DNA from: Psilocybe cubensis
Lineage: Eukaryota
Assembly (NCBI GenBank): GCA_017499595.2
Contig: CM039001.1
Span: 2,480,001 to 2,544,000 of the forward strand
Length of the DNA: 64,000 nt
Reading direction: 5' to 3'
Shown here: piece after piece, positions 13,144-28,158 of the stretch
How positions within the stretch are numbered: position 1 is the first letter of the stretch
Layout of the letters: every line of letters starts with the position of its first letter
Position numbers and translations under genes: made by a program
The notes under the pieces: generated by a model
Told to the model about the DNA's origin: nothing
The model's input: only the letters and a program-made list of their open reading frames with translations
Database searches by the model: none

Positions 13144-16100
13144 TTAGTCTTCTTCCATAGCATCTTGAATTTTCGAGGTTTGTTGCTTGATCTTATCTGC
13201 TTCAATCCAGATTTTCACCTGTTCCTTGATAATTTGTACAATTTCAAGCATAGCTTGACGTGCGCGCAACTGTTCTGGGTTATCCCGTGCGCCTTCCCAA
13301 AGAACTGCTAGGTTAACTTCGATCTTTGGTATAAATCCTCTTAGGTGGTGTTTGTCCTTCAATTATGTATAAACTGACCTTTTCAGCTAATTTGCCCATG
13401 GCTTCGTCCAATGTCTCGCCAAGGGTATCGGCGGCTTTGGTCAACCGTTCCATAACAACATTGGCTCCATCGTCGAAGATATCGTCTTTACAATTGTTCA
13501 AATAACCCCGGAAGTAAGCCTAATCAAATTCTGATGTCAGTATCAACAAAACCGCAGACGAAAGCAAGTCCTAACCTTCTGACGAGCTACGCTGCCTGTT
13601 CCTCTTTCTAACATTGCTGTATCGTAGCCTTCTACAAGTTGAGCTTGAACATGTGGGGCCATGCACCTCGAGATCTCCTTTTGCTCGGAGGTCATGGCCA
13701 CTTTAACAAGCTCTACGGTATTTGCCAATGCTATGCGGGCTTCTTCTACACATGCGTTGCCTTGAAGTCTAGCGCGCTCCTTGAGACCTGTTGCAGCAGT
13801 CTCTTCGACTTCCTTGACGAGAGCCCTGATTGCAGCAAGAGTAGATGCCTGGAAAGGCCCAAACAAATCTGACTCGAAAACTTGGCTCCATGAATGAGCG
13901 ATGTTTCGAGTGAAAGGTTGGATCAACTCAGCGTTGAGATCACGACGCCATGATCCATGTCGCCGCAAGGCTGTGGTAATGAATTAAGAAAGAAGGGAAA
14001 TTGTTTGAATAACGGAGTACACACTCGCTCGATAGGTGGCCCAATGCATACTAGAAGTAAACTCGTCAACGGTATTGAGTGCAGCATCTGCGGCCTGCAA
14101 TAACCAGTTATATCGCATATGACTTGCAGGGGTATTTGAGACCTACATTCGCCGCTCCAATTCGACATTTATCTTCTAGTCCATCTTTGAAATTCGTTTG
14201 CAGGTCATGGACACAACCATCGACTAGTTTAGCAAACTCCTGGCAGGGCGTCAGCGTAAAAGACGTTGAATAGTAAACTACTTACAATACAAAGCCTGCG
14301 ACTGATACCAGACTCATTATGACCCTTTATTTGAACCACAGGTTGGCCAGGTGGATATAGGCCTGCACCTAGTCCGGCACCCAAACCACCCAAGATAGAC
14401 TGCAAAGGATTATTTACAGCTGTATGTGATCGTTGGGCTAAATCTTCATCAAATTTTCTAGATTCCCATTTTGCACGCAATGATTCCCGGTCAATAGCGG
14501 TGATATCACCAATGCCTTGCACATAAGATTGTACCGACTGTGCAAAAGTTTGGATGTGTGCCATAAACGATCTCGCTGAACGCTCGCGAGATGCAATGGT
14601 TAACTGGTGACACCATTGCTGCAGGTCAGGAATGCCTGTATCTTTAACATTAGAAAAGCAAATTGGTTTTCCATCTCCTTTAACTTGGCCTAGAAATCAA
14701 ATGCGTGATATATCAGATCCTTTTTTAACATTGTGAAGACAGGAAGCACCTTTTAGACGGACATAATCTCGACTTGAACATGTAAACACCGGGAGATCGA
14801 TTGCGCTGTAATCTGAAAAAGGCATCTATTTATTCATTTATAGTCATGGGGTGCCAAAAAGGGACCCACCGCGAGCGTCCACGTTAGGATTAAAATTTAA
14901 TGGGTCTTTTTCTTCAGCTGCAGCATCTAATACAACGAATTAATGGATTTATCTTGAATACTTAACGGGCCACGTACCATCCAAATCCTTCAATCCTATT
15001 CGAAAGTCTTCTTTTAAGACGTCACGGGAAAACTGTACATAAAATTTTGTATAAGCTTACAGCTCTATTAGATTGCGTAATATGCACCTCAGAGCGTTTC
15101 AGCGAGCAAAACGCATTCTTTTCCCTTTGAACTTTGGCGCGACTTTTCTCAAGTGAGGAAAGCTCGTCGATGGCATCCTTCTTTCTATTCCTGGCGTCAT
15201 TGAGAGCTTCACGAGTTGCCCTGATTGAAGCTTTAGATTGCATAATTTTTTGTTCCAGGACCTCAGTGGTGACTTCCTCTATCACATCCTCCTCATCTTG
15301 GTTGGAGCCTGGATAACCGGAATCAGAGCTATGATCTTCATCCATATCTGAATCATCGGAACTGTCGCTTTCGCTTTCGCTTTCGCTTTCACTAATCTCT
15401 GACTCGGAATTAATTTCATCATCTTCGTCATCATTGTCAAGAGTGCTGCGTCTTCTTTTACTGGACCCTTTTCTACCGCCCGAGCTATTTTTTCTTTTTT
15501 TGCCATTGGAATTTTTAGTTGAGCGTTTGAGAGTCGATATAAATGGTTCTCCTGCCTTCATGGCATCAAGGTGTTTTTGGTCATCATTTATTTGATCCCG
15601 AATATACTGCAAAGAATCTTTGAGTTCTGAGAGGGAACGTAGTCAAATGATGTATAGCAGTAGAAGTAGGATAAAGTGTAGGTATGTATACCTTTTACCA
15701 GATGTTCTGCTTCGCGTTTTTTCCGTTTGCACGCTGATGTATTCTGCATGATGAGCTCCAAACGTTCTTCAATATCCTCGAGAACTGGATCGCTTTCAAG
15801 ACGAAGAGCTTTGATAACTTCGGAACAAGAGATGTCATCACACTTGCTAGCTAGGAAATCTTCAACGACTAATCATGAAAAACACCAATATAACATACCT
15901 ATGAACGTTATGGCATGGTCATCGTAGCTAACATTGAGAGTTATAAGGAGTTATAAGCGCAAAAATGAAAATCACTTACTTTCCATCTGAAAGCGATAGC
16001 TAACACGTAAGAGGAGCTAAACCATGAAGCATGAAAGCGTATAAGCTCACCCACTGTCCCCAAATAAATAATAAGCATCGCCATACATTGAAACAGTGGA

Positions 16101-17866
16101 TGTACTTACTCATCAATTGAATTTTGAATGCGTCGCCGAGAAGATCTGTATGTCATGAGTATCATAATTATTCAACAGGGAAAAAAGCGTTCACACCCCT
16201 AGCTGTTTTATCATCTACGGCCCTGGTGATGGGTGCCAAAATCCATATGCAGTTGCATTTTTTCATGTAGTCCTTTGCGATATTATTTCTAGCCGCATTG
16301 GCATCGGCAACACCTTTGATCATCGAAATAAATCAATTTCATGGTTGTGAATTGTGTAAGATGACATTACCAGGTAGATCAACAAGCACGGCCCCCGTAG
16401 ACAAGGCTTCAGCACGACACCGAACGTTAACTTGACGAATGAGTGGCCACAGAGCAGCAGAATCTGCGTCCGGTGCGCCGGATTTTGTTTTCTCTCTGCC
16501 CATTCCAGCGCTCTTGCGCACTTGGTCCATAAGACTAGGCTCCTTTTTCTTTTCGGATTTGTCCTTCGAACCACGTTTTTGATCTTTCGAGTCAATATAC
16601 TTGCCAATCTCTTTCGCAAAAGATTTGGAGTCCTTTGCACTTATAGTCTTGGTTGTCCCGAGAATTCGAGATATTTCTACGACATGGGTAAAGTTATGGA
16701 CAAACAAAAGCAACACGCTGAAACTCACGTTGGTCATAGCCTAGGATCTGATCTACAGACATTTTGACAAGGTCGTCCTGGTCTACATTGGGGTATACTG
16801 CATGGACCTACACTCCGGGGTAAGTCGACGCGCATAAAGGATTTGAATGACCACACTTTTTGCCAGGCAATGCCGGCATCACTCTTGAGATCCGTACTTC
16901 GTTTTATATTCCCGTCTTCGTCCACTAAGTCATGGAGAAGAACTTTTAATTCGTCTCTCCACTCAACTTCCGACAGGAAAGAAATATCGGCATCAATCGT
17001 CGATTTTTCGTGGTACGCCAATTCAGTGACAACGGCAGTGCAAGCTATGTTATGTTATGTATTTATCTTTCAAGCCAGAGTAAAAGTTGGGTTCTAACTC
17101 ACCCCTCATGCCACTGGTTGGAACAATGTTGTCTTGGATTGATATAAGTAATGGTAAACTCCAGTGTAAAAAGAACAAACCGTCTAAGATAGCATTTAAA
17201 ATGGAAGACTTTCCCGCACCAGTGGCTAAAAAAATGAATGATTTGATTTGATGCAAATGACAAGGTCCTTACCACCACAGACAGCAATCAAAGTCTTCGG
17301 GGTGCCTTGGCCTTCAAGGCTTCATTTACAGAATCAGAAGGGTAAATTGGACGCGTTAGTTGACTTACTTCATTATCTCCCGTTTCCATACCTCTTCTCT
17401 TAGTTTACTTCCGAATTCCAGATGTTTTAAAGCTTTCTTCATGGTTTGAACCATTCCTAACCCGTCCTTGAGAGCATTCTCAGGCGAGTACGTGATTTCA
17501 CTGGCATTCTGATACGCCCTGAATAAGCTCAAATCATGCTTTTCTTGAGGAATCGCGTCGGGTTCATCAGCTCTTGGATCGCTTAGTTGAATTAATGGCG
17601 CAGGATCTACAACCTTTCCGTCTCATAAGCCCCCTTGCAACTGGACCCCTGTATTACAGAAAAAAACGCACTTCGTTTTTAACTAAGCTTAAAGTATCTT
17701 GGTGTGCGTGTTGGGGTATTTCGGAAGGTATACCCGCTTCAGTGGGTTCTCGTTTGACAAAGATATATTGAAGGAACTAGTTGACCATCATGTCAGTGCG
17801 TGAAAACTTGAACTACTCTTCAATAGTCCAAAAGAGGTGAAATGAGATGATCATTACCTGGCTCAT
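13144..17866 (-). CDS. Dynamin-superfamily GTPase, NUGGC/SLIP-GC-like, many exons
   Basis: Spliced G1 GATGAGKSS; PTSGMRACTAVV; LVDLPG; RAVDDKTA; G4-like SKCDD; long helical C-terminus. The 5' start is approximate. Confidence 0.82.
15365..15390. repeat. Coding hexanucleotide microsatellite (TCGCTT)4 encoding Ser-Glu repeats
   Basis: tcgctttcgctttcgctttcgctttc; the minus strand encodes ESESESES in the GTPase acidic tract. Confidence 0.85.
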
Positions 17867-18391
17867 CGCCACCGCTATGAACTAACGACGTTGCAGTCAA
17901 GTGGGTATGATAGTCACGACAAGAATGGATGTTTTGCGGAGCCAGTCAAAGTCGGTAAAAGTTAATTGAAGTCAAAATGTGTATCTGGCCCAAATCAGGC
18001 CTCGAATATTGTTTCCCGCGCAACACGAACACCATATCACGTGAATGTGACTGTTTGTGACGTTTGGCGTCTTTCATAAGAGAGACATAGGGGTTACTTA
18101 CGAATATTAGAAAAATTAACCTGCTAAATGGTAACCTTAATTGAAATAAATAATCTATTCCATCTAAATTGAAATTGTGCGTACAATCTACAATTTATAA
18201 TGCTTCATGAAAAAGTGAATATTCAAAACCATCCAGAATCCAACCTCAATCTTCTCAGTGATTTTACTTCTGTTCATTGATTTACCAGCATCGATACCCA
18301 GCACCTTCACACAGAAAAGCAGTCCCTGCTAGGTTATCAACACAAGAGACTGGTGTTAAACGTATGTGTGTGCTTAAGCCTAAACATTGAA

Positions 18392-20787
18392 TTAAAGGCG
18401 ATGTGGTAACCAGTGGCCCAGTTTCAGAGCTCCAGCGACCTCTGCCTCAACGCTTGAAAGTTGAGATAATTTGGGAAGTTTTCTGGTTTCGAAAAGTTCG
18501 TGACCATAGAGAAGGGTACGACCCTGCTGAAAATACTCAATTTGATGTTCTTCTTTGTCGGGACAGAGAGCTTTGCCTGCGGAATGATCGTGGTTGACAT
18601 AGTCATCGGGATGTGTATTACTTGCTGAAGACTCCTCTTCGTAGTTCTCCAGTTCCATATTGCCAGGGTCTGCACAAAATCTGCAGTGGAGATGTTCAAC
18701 ATCCGGAGTATGGTCGACGATATGGTCAGCACAGCTGAGAAAATAACCCGGCGCGTCGAAGGCTTCGGAAGCTTTTCCGTTATTCGTATTTGAACAAAGT
18801 AAGCAGTCGGGATTGCAAAGGCAGTCGCCAAGGGATGGATGCAAGAAGGTATCGTCAATAACATCTTCTGAAAGGATATTCTGAAGTTGAAAGTCCTGCA
18901 GATCGTAGGTACCGTGTGAGGACAACTGGAAGACAGGGAAATCCTCTGTGTGTGCCTTGAGATCACAACATGCAGGAAGATCAAATTCGGGTGGGCCAAA
19001 TTCGCAAGTTATCCTCGAGAGATATGTTGGAGATAGTATTATGTCCGATGACGCATCCTGAGTTCTGAAAATTCGCATATCGTCAGCAATTTCTTTGGGA
19101 GACCCTCCATCTGTATCTTTTGGATTGCAGGTGCCTGATTCTTCACCCTCCAAGCCGACGGAAAGCATAGAATTAGTGTTTGCAGAAGAAATATGAGCTG
19201 GTGTGGCCAATTTCTCTATGCACTGAAAATATTTAGATCGATCATGTGTTGTACGTTGATTGAAACAAAGTTGTGAAGCAGATTCAGAGGGAGTCAACGA
19301 CGGAAGTTCATTAGCAGCAGCATACATTGGAAAAATTTCCCTGCCAGTTGGTTTGTCAGAACTTTCAAGGGACCGCCTAGAAACATACGACGCAGTTTTC
19401 TTGGGAGATTTAAGTTTAGTAGCCGTTGCAACATGACGATTATAATTGACGAGCATCGTCCCTTGCCTGTCGTTGGAATTAGTCTCAGACTCCATAGCGT
19501 CACTATCTTTTTCAATATCCCAGATAATGGAATCATCTGGATTATAGCGACGCCCGGCCAGATCCTCGTCGGAGTGTTTAGATGAATTGGCACCCTTCCC
19601 GTTTTCTACGTCCTCGTGGTATACATTTCCATGTTTCCGAGGGTATTTCCTGATAGAGGGAGAGGAAATTGTGGATGAAGTACGAGAATCGTCAACATTG
19701 GGTGATTTCCTGGAACCTGAGGTTCTTGAATTCAAAAATTTTGCTTCTGAGAACAGACGGCCCGAGTCATCTCCTATTCGGAGTTCAACAATACATTTGA
19801 GTAAGATTCACTGCATATATTTTGAAAGATAACAGAACCTTCTTTTTTGCCTTTAACCCTGGTTTTTGTAGATGCCTTACCCTTTTTAAATACCCCTAAT
19901 CCACGAGACAACGGATCCAACTTGACAAGAATTGAATTGAATGAATGGTAAACTCATTGGACAAAATAAGCTTACGGTCAGTCGGTTCTTTCCTACGTTT
20001 GTCGCAGAAAATCCGTGCAAGAGAGCAAATCCGAGCTGAGTGTTCTTCGGCTGATTTTTTTTCTTGAGCCTATCGTCATTCCTTTTCGTTGATGGGTTAT
20101 CATCGGAATACTTATCCCCTGTTGCTGGTAACATTGAAACTTTTCTGGCCCGTTTTTCTCGACGGCGTTCTTCGAGCCCTGTAATAATTATCTTTTTAAT
20201 GACTAAATAATTGGTTTAAAATAACACTGACGTTGGATATGCTCATCGTCCTGATTATTATCCCGTGTAACTGTGTGCTTGACCACGCGTTTCCTGATGT
20301 CAGACTCCCGGTTATGAAATTCTACTGTTGTTTGGGTGTCCCCATAATCTTTAGATACGGATTGCTTGTTGTCTATAAGATCCAACGTGCCTTCCAAATT
20401 GCCGTTGGCGGCCTTTGTAACCCATCTGGTAGTTCCCAATGTTTTACTCCCAGCACGACTGCGCTCATTCAATTTCGGTTTGATTATTTCGCTGGACGTC
20501 GCCACTCTTGCTTTGAGAACGGGCGTTCCAAATACAGTATCTCTAGATGTATCGCCTACAGGAAAGGTTGACGGTAGAGTATCATTTGGTTCTCTGGTGT
20601 CTAGTAGAATGCCTCCTTCAGCCCTGTAGTCCGCAGAATAGTCTTTGATGAAGCTTCTTTGATCCCGAATGTAGGCGGATAGATAATCATGAAGATTGCG
20701 CTTAGGGATTGCAAGTAGACGTTCGGAAGTCAAGACGAAACTTGCGTTCGATGGCGAAAATTTAGCGTCCATCTCAACCCCTAGCAT
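18392..20787 (-). CDS. Hypothetical, largely disordered protein (about 4 exons)
   Basis: Long same-strand ORFs 20203-20787, 19886-20134 and 18392-19735 separated by intron-sized gaps; motif LGFALLHGFSATNVGKNRLT. No family recognised. Confidence 0.7.
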
Positions 20788-21346
20788 GGTTGTACAGAGG
20801 GTCTATGCCCAGTTCATGCCTACTGACCACGGAACAGCTTTTGCCTAGAAGCTGCCTGTGGTCAAAGTAGAAACAGCTAGTAAAATTATTGTGTCGACGA
20901 GATTCAACAAATGAGTTTACAAGAGAATAAAATAGATTGCCTTGCCAATGCCAGAGAGAACTCCCTATTACACGTGACGTCATCAATGCACAACTGAACC
21001 AAGAGGAACCAAGTTAGGCTCGTGACCATCCTGTATATGAAGTGTCGATATACGATCCTTTCAAAATCCCATCCTCTTATACAGAGCAGTCACAGGTCTA
21101 GAACCAAGTCTACAACCATTGAAAATAAACGGAAAGAGTCCCTTGCTGTCCTTTGAGAGTCCAATGTTGCTTGATTATCTTTCATCACTTGCTCCCAATA
21201 AAAATCGTCATGATATTCAGTTCTATAAAAAGGTACGGGAGCAGCTTGATAATACCAAACCTCGACCAATTTCTGAAACACTAGCAGCAAAAAACTCTGA
21301 CTCGACTTCTGTAGTATATACGAAGACAACATGTCTGAGTAGACCT

Positions 21347-23816
21347 TCAGGCGGTGTAAACAAAGTAGATATTCCTGTTGAAACATGAATAAAAATACAA
21401 CGTGAAGAAATTGGTTGAAAGCAAACACTTACTCTTTGTCAGTGAGATCTGCGAAAGCGTGCCTTTCCCGTTCTCGTTGAATATCTGCATCCGTCCAACC
21501 TCTGCGTGTTTTCTCTTCTTCGATTTTGGCGACTTTCTTGATGTTGAGCCGAATATTGATTCGTCGCAATAACAAGGATATCGCCAGTTGAACTGTCAAG
21601 AGCACCATGATAGCCGTTTTGCCTGGTAAATATGCCGGCGCATCTTTCGGGAGGAATATCTCGGTTCCGATGATATTACCAATGCTGAACGCGACGAGGG
21701 TCATGGCGTTGATTGTACTTTTCTTGGTGTGCCCACTGGTATTGCTCGCATTATATGCATAAACGGAAGAAAGAGCACTTCCAAAGGTCCCAATGAGATA
21801 TACGGCTATCAGCTTTGTAAGTGTGGCCCTATTTGCAAAAAATCTAAGAAACCAAAAATTTACCGAATAACAAAACACCTTTCTTGCCAGAATTGTTTAG
21901 GCCAATTAACATTGCTATAAATAACAACAGTTAGGGTCGCTCCCTAAAAGTGAAATATGCGCGTACCTGAGCCTACAATCGTTGGAACTATGGCAAATAC
22001 AATGGGAACCATGCGCTCTCCCTGAACAATACATGAGCATAACCTTTGAGAACAAAAGAAGTAAATACTTTTTTATCTGAGTACCATCCACAAAACAGTG
22101 TCATAAGCGCCGCAACAGCACCTCCCGGAGTCGAAAGTATAAGGGTTTGCTTAGATCTGAGGAACATCATTAATCGAGGTCAATTTGCACAAATATCGTG
22201 CGCACGTATAGCCCAGGTTCCGGATAATGATGTTGCTGACTATTGTGCGACCTTGGTGAGTAAACATATGTAGTAAATCCATTTTGACACTTACAGTTGC
22301 TCAGTGCGCCATTGGGAATGCTGGCTGTGGGGAAAAAATATAAAAATGATTATAGTAAATCTAAACACATTACTCACTAAGTAAGGTTGTCAAAACGATC
22401 AACCATGTCCGAATATCGCAAACTGCTTCAATTACTTGGTATTTCTTCAAACGTTTGTTTTCTGTTCCTCCAGCATCGTCACGAACGCGTTCGAGGGCAG
22501 CAATTCGTTCCTCCTTCGTGAGGAATTTGGCATGTACCGGGGAATCCGGTAACCAGATAAGTACACATATACCAACAAGAATTGCTAACCCTCCAAGGAG
22601 AATGTATATAATCTTGTAAGGTGCAAGAAGCTTTCCATCATAGAAGGAGACCCCCTGAAGATTGACAAATCAGCATGTCGGCAAACGAATGCAAATGATC
22701 AACTTGCATATGCCACGAACCCGCCAAATATCTGTGTCATTCCATTCTGTTTAAAATCTTTAGTACTCTTTACATTCTCACGGATTTGGAGATAATACCA
22801 TCACGTAGAACCACGAAATACGTCTCGACTGCATTTAATAGACGTGTCGTCAAAAATGGACTATGGAAAAAAACCTCAAAAGGCCACACCTGTTCGTTCT
22901 TCTTGTAAAACATGGAGATGATGAGAATAAGACTCGGCGCTACACAGGATTCGCACATCCCTGCGATACTAATTAGTGAACTTAATAGGAGGTTACTTAT
23001 GTCAAACAAACCTAACAAAAAGCGCAGAGCGAAAAAGGCGCCAAATGAGGTGCCAACAGAATGAAGCATAAGTATAGCTCCCCATGTAATAATGTTGAAC
23101 CCTGTTGTTCGGGAGTTAGTGGAAATGATATGCACATAACAGAAGGTGCTTACCAAGATACTTGGCGACGCGAGTTTTCTGAGAGATGTAGACAGTTGGA
23201 AACTCCCAGACCAAAAAACCTGTGCTTCCTTCAATAATAGGACAAAAGGAAATAATAGGGAGTGCACACCAAGATAAAACGCCAACGAGACCAGGTTGTA
23301 ATGCTAAATCCCCAGAGGCTTAATCAGAATTGTAGTAGAGGTTTCTGAGATTTGAAATACCTGGCCAACAATAGGGAGGCCCATGATGCTGTAGTGTACC
23401 AAGTCAAAACTCTTTCCCTGCAAAAAACTAAGTGTCATTACCTCGCATAATTCAATGACGTTTTATCTCTGTAAAAACATAATTCAATTCAATCGGTTGC
23501 ACATATTATCAGCTAGACAAAAACTGTACAAAAATTGCGTGAAGTAAACAGCGGCGCAAAGTGGAGGTATGAGCATATCCTGGCGCGATACATCAGAAAT
23601 AGGTCCATGAAGTCAAAACAACTGACGTACTAGCTTTCGCCTCAATTTCGCGTTGTATTCTTCAGAAAACTGAGCGGTCCGCTCAGCACCGATAAGGCGA
23701 AGTGCCTCGTCCCCATCTTGAATGTCTATAGAGAACTTCTCGTCGAGGCTAGTTTCCCTAATGTCATGCTGCTTCTCGACCTCATGAACTTTTTGGTCTT
23801 CTAGCGTGGTGATCAT
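21347..23816 (-). CDS. MFS transporter, allantoate permease (DAL5-like) family
   Basis: LRRKL; FLDKTSLNYAS; LRFLLGMCES; WLPDSPVHAKFLT; NTSGHTKK; DAPAY; AFADLTDK/NIYFVYTA*. Confidence 0.9.
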
Positions 23817-24250
23817 CGTTGAAGGAGTAGGTTGGGAAGAACACACTCTCGACAGGCACAAGGACCTTGTTGAGGAAGTGTCTTTTTAGGGCTCCAAAAA
23901 TCCTTATCGCACACATGGTCTACGACATGAGATTGCGGAGTTCATTGGTTCTAAACATAGGTATGAAAAGATGGAAAGAGGTGTCATGAGTGTATTTGCT
24001 GGTACTGGATTAGCAGCAAAATGTACGGCGCGAGACATACTCTGAGAATTTGCTGAGAACTCATGACATTGAATCAACTTGAGCTGCGCATAACAGCCAA
24101 CAATTTTCAAGAACGTCCAAATCGACTCCCTAGGCTCTCACGCGATGGATAATTGCCGGAAGGTCCGGTACGGCTGGCTTGAATTATTATACGATTTCCA
24201 TTTAGATGTAGAGAATATGGTCTATGGTATGCACACACGGATATCTAACA

Positions 24251-25752
<1,502 letters not shown>

Positions 25753-26080
25753 TTATATTTCAAATGAATATGGCGGAACTGGGTGTGTGTTATGTAAAAA
25801 ATATGATACGACAAGCTGATTTGTTAATTTCGTTCGAGTCGCACCACCCTGGATTGCCTGATGGTTTACTGTGGTTTACCTGGTTCTCAACTTCGCGCAA
25901 AGAACGTTGTTGTCGCGGAACATGTATGTACTTATACGCCACACATCCCGGTTAGGTAATTGACATATGTTTTCGCCGGCTTTGTCGACCAAAGGAGGCC
26001 GACACCACCCGCTTAATTGAACATGATTCCTCAGACCAATGTTAATCAGATTAGTAAATAAGTGCGGGCGTAGGACTAGA

Positions 26081-26736
26081 TTACAGATTAACGACAGCGC
26101 CAACGATCATGAACCAGAGCTCCATCCATCGGAGAAGCCGTGTCTCCGCATTCCAATCAGCCTGCTCAACTTCTGTCATGAACTCAGCCACAGCAGCATC
26201 GGTTGCACAGGGATGAAAATACCAGCACGGAGTACCCAGAGTCGGGTGTTCTCCTTGCGACAAAAGGGGAAACGGCTGTGAGGGAGCAGAAAGAGCGAAG
26301 GTGGTCGCCTCCGCTCCGTCCGGCAACTCCATTTTAAACAACGTTGTCTGCAATATTTGATTCAGAGACAGAGGTGAACCGTCTGCACGCATGTGTAAGA
26401 AAGGCCTAGGAAAAATACAAATGGAAACACACTGGGTTCATGAATTGTAAAATAAAAGGCAGGTACATTGAAAGACGCAGAGTAAACAATGTACTCTTGC
26501 ACAGACAGGGAAGGAGGCGCCGGGTGAGCAGATGCAATATCATCCGCTTCAAGCCCCAACTCCTCTACGCCTTCTAATTCGAGCATGACGGTAGAAGGCT
26601 GGGTGCCCTTGAAAACATGGGTGGTTGTGCGAAATAGGAAACCATATCCTGGACGATGGTTATCAGCCCAGAACCACTGCGGATGGCGGCGAGCAAACGC
26701 GCTGCAGGCCAACACAAAGTCGCTGCGAGAGAGCAT
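26081..26736 (-). CDS. ATG10: Autophagy E2-like enzyme Atg10
   Basis: YIVYSASFNVPAFYF; LSQGEHPTLGTPCWYFHPC (catalytic HPC); WxxW at the C-terminus. Confidence 0.85.
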
Positions 26737-26877
26737 TGCGTGACTGTGACAAATCCTGGGAATTATGTGATGCAGTTTGAAAAATAAGGTTTCAAGCCAC
26801 AGGAATAACACGACCAAATCACCAGAACTTGCATCAGCCATTCCGTTCGTTCTCAAGGCCGTCGGTACTCATCAAGC

Positions 26878-27861
26878 ATGGCTGTAGGAAAGGTTCGTCG
26901 TCCTCGCTATATGCACATATGGTGTCTCATCGAATTTCCAGAACAAGCGCCTTTCAAAGGGTAAGAAGGGTATCAAGAAAAAGGTCGTCGACCCCTTCTC
27001 GAGGAAGGGTATGCAAATTTAATTCATCTTCGACCGCTGGTGCTTACTATGGCACCCACTTCCTAGATTGGTACGACATCAAGGCTCCATCGATTTTCGA
27101 TGTCCGAAATGTTGGAAAGACGTTTGCTAACAGGTCTCAGGGACTGAGTGCGTATGCCATTTGTTACCTTATATTACTTCAACTTACATTATATCCCAGA
27201 AAATGCCAACGACTCTCTGAAGGGCCGCATTATTGAACTTTCTTTGGCCGATCTCAACAAGGAGGAGGAGCAATCCTTCCGCAAGATCAAGCTGCGCATC
27301 GACGATATCCAGGGCAAAAACTGCCTGACTAACTTCCACGGAATGGACTTCACCTCGGACAAACTTCGTTCACTTGTTCGCAAGTGGCAAACCCTCATCG
27401 AGGCTCACGTGGACGTTAAGACCACCGACGGCTACCTTCTCCGTCTCTTCGCCATTGGATTCACTAAGCGCCGCCCATCTCAGGTCCGCAAGACCACTTA
27501 CGCTCAGTCAAGTCAAATCCGGGAGATCAGGAAGAAGATGTTTGAAATTATGACCCGTGAAGCTAGCACCTGCGACCTCAAAGAGCTCGTCCAGAAATTC
27601 CTCCCTGAGGCAATCGGACGTGAGATTGAGAAGGCGTCGCGCAGTATTTACCCCCTCCAAAACGTTTATGTCCGCAAGGCTAAGATTCTCAAGGCACCCA
27701 AGTTCGACGCTTCCAAGCTGCTTGAACTCCATGGTGAATCAACGGACGTATGTACTGTTATTATGTGATGTTATGACTGTCTAATCAATTTCCATGTACA
27801 GGAGACAGGAACGAAGATCGCGAAGGAGTTCAAGGAGCCTGAGATCCTTGAGTCTGTGTAG
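26878..27861 (+). CDS. RPS1: 40S ribosomal protein eS1 (S3Ae)
   Basis: [43 protein letters not shown]; strong codon bias. Confidence 0.98.
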
Positions 27862-28158
27862 ATCTTTTGTTGTAGTCATTTTTTTTACTTGCTCTCTACC
27901 ATGCACCACATTCAAATGCATTAAACTGTATCAGTGTGATTCTCGTCTAAGATTGTGTATATTTCCTGTAGTGTTGCCAGCGATATCAGGATCGTTAGGT
28001 ACATTCTGAGATTTTTGGTGGGTGTGGAAGTGCTTTGGTTGGTCGAATATGGGTTTACTTTGACGCATCAAAAAAATTTCGACCAATGTCCACAAAGGTT
28101 CCGACTGCTTTAATGAGGACACCTCTACCGAAACCTGTCCTGGTGGATATTCCTAGCA

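Noticed and set aside
21085..21388. Plus-strand 89-aa ORF opposite the MFS 3' end
   Set aside because: No convincing start or gene structure and no recognisable motif; left unannotated.
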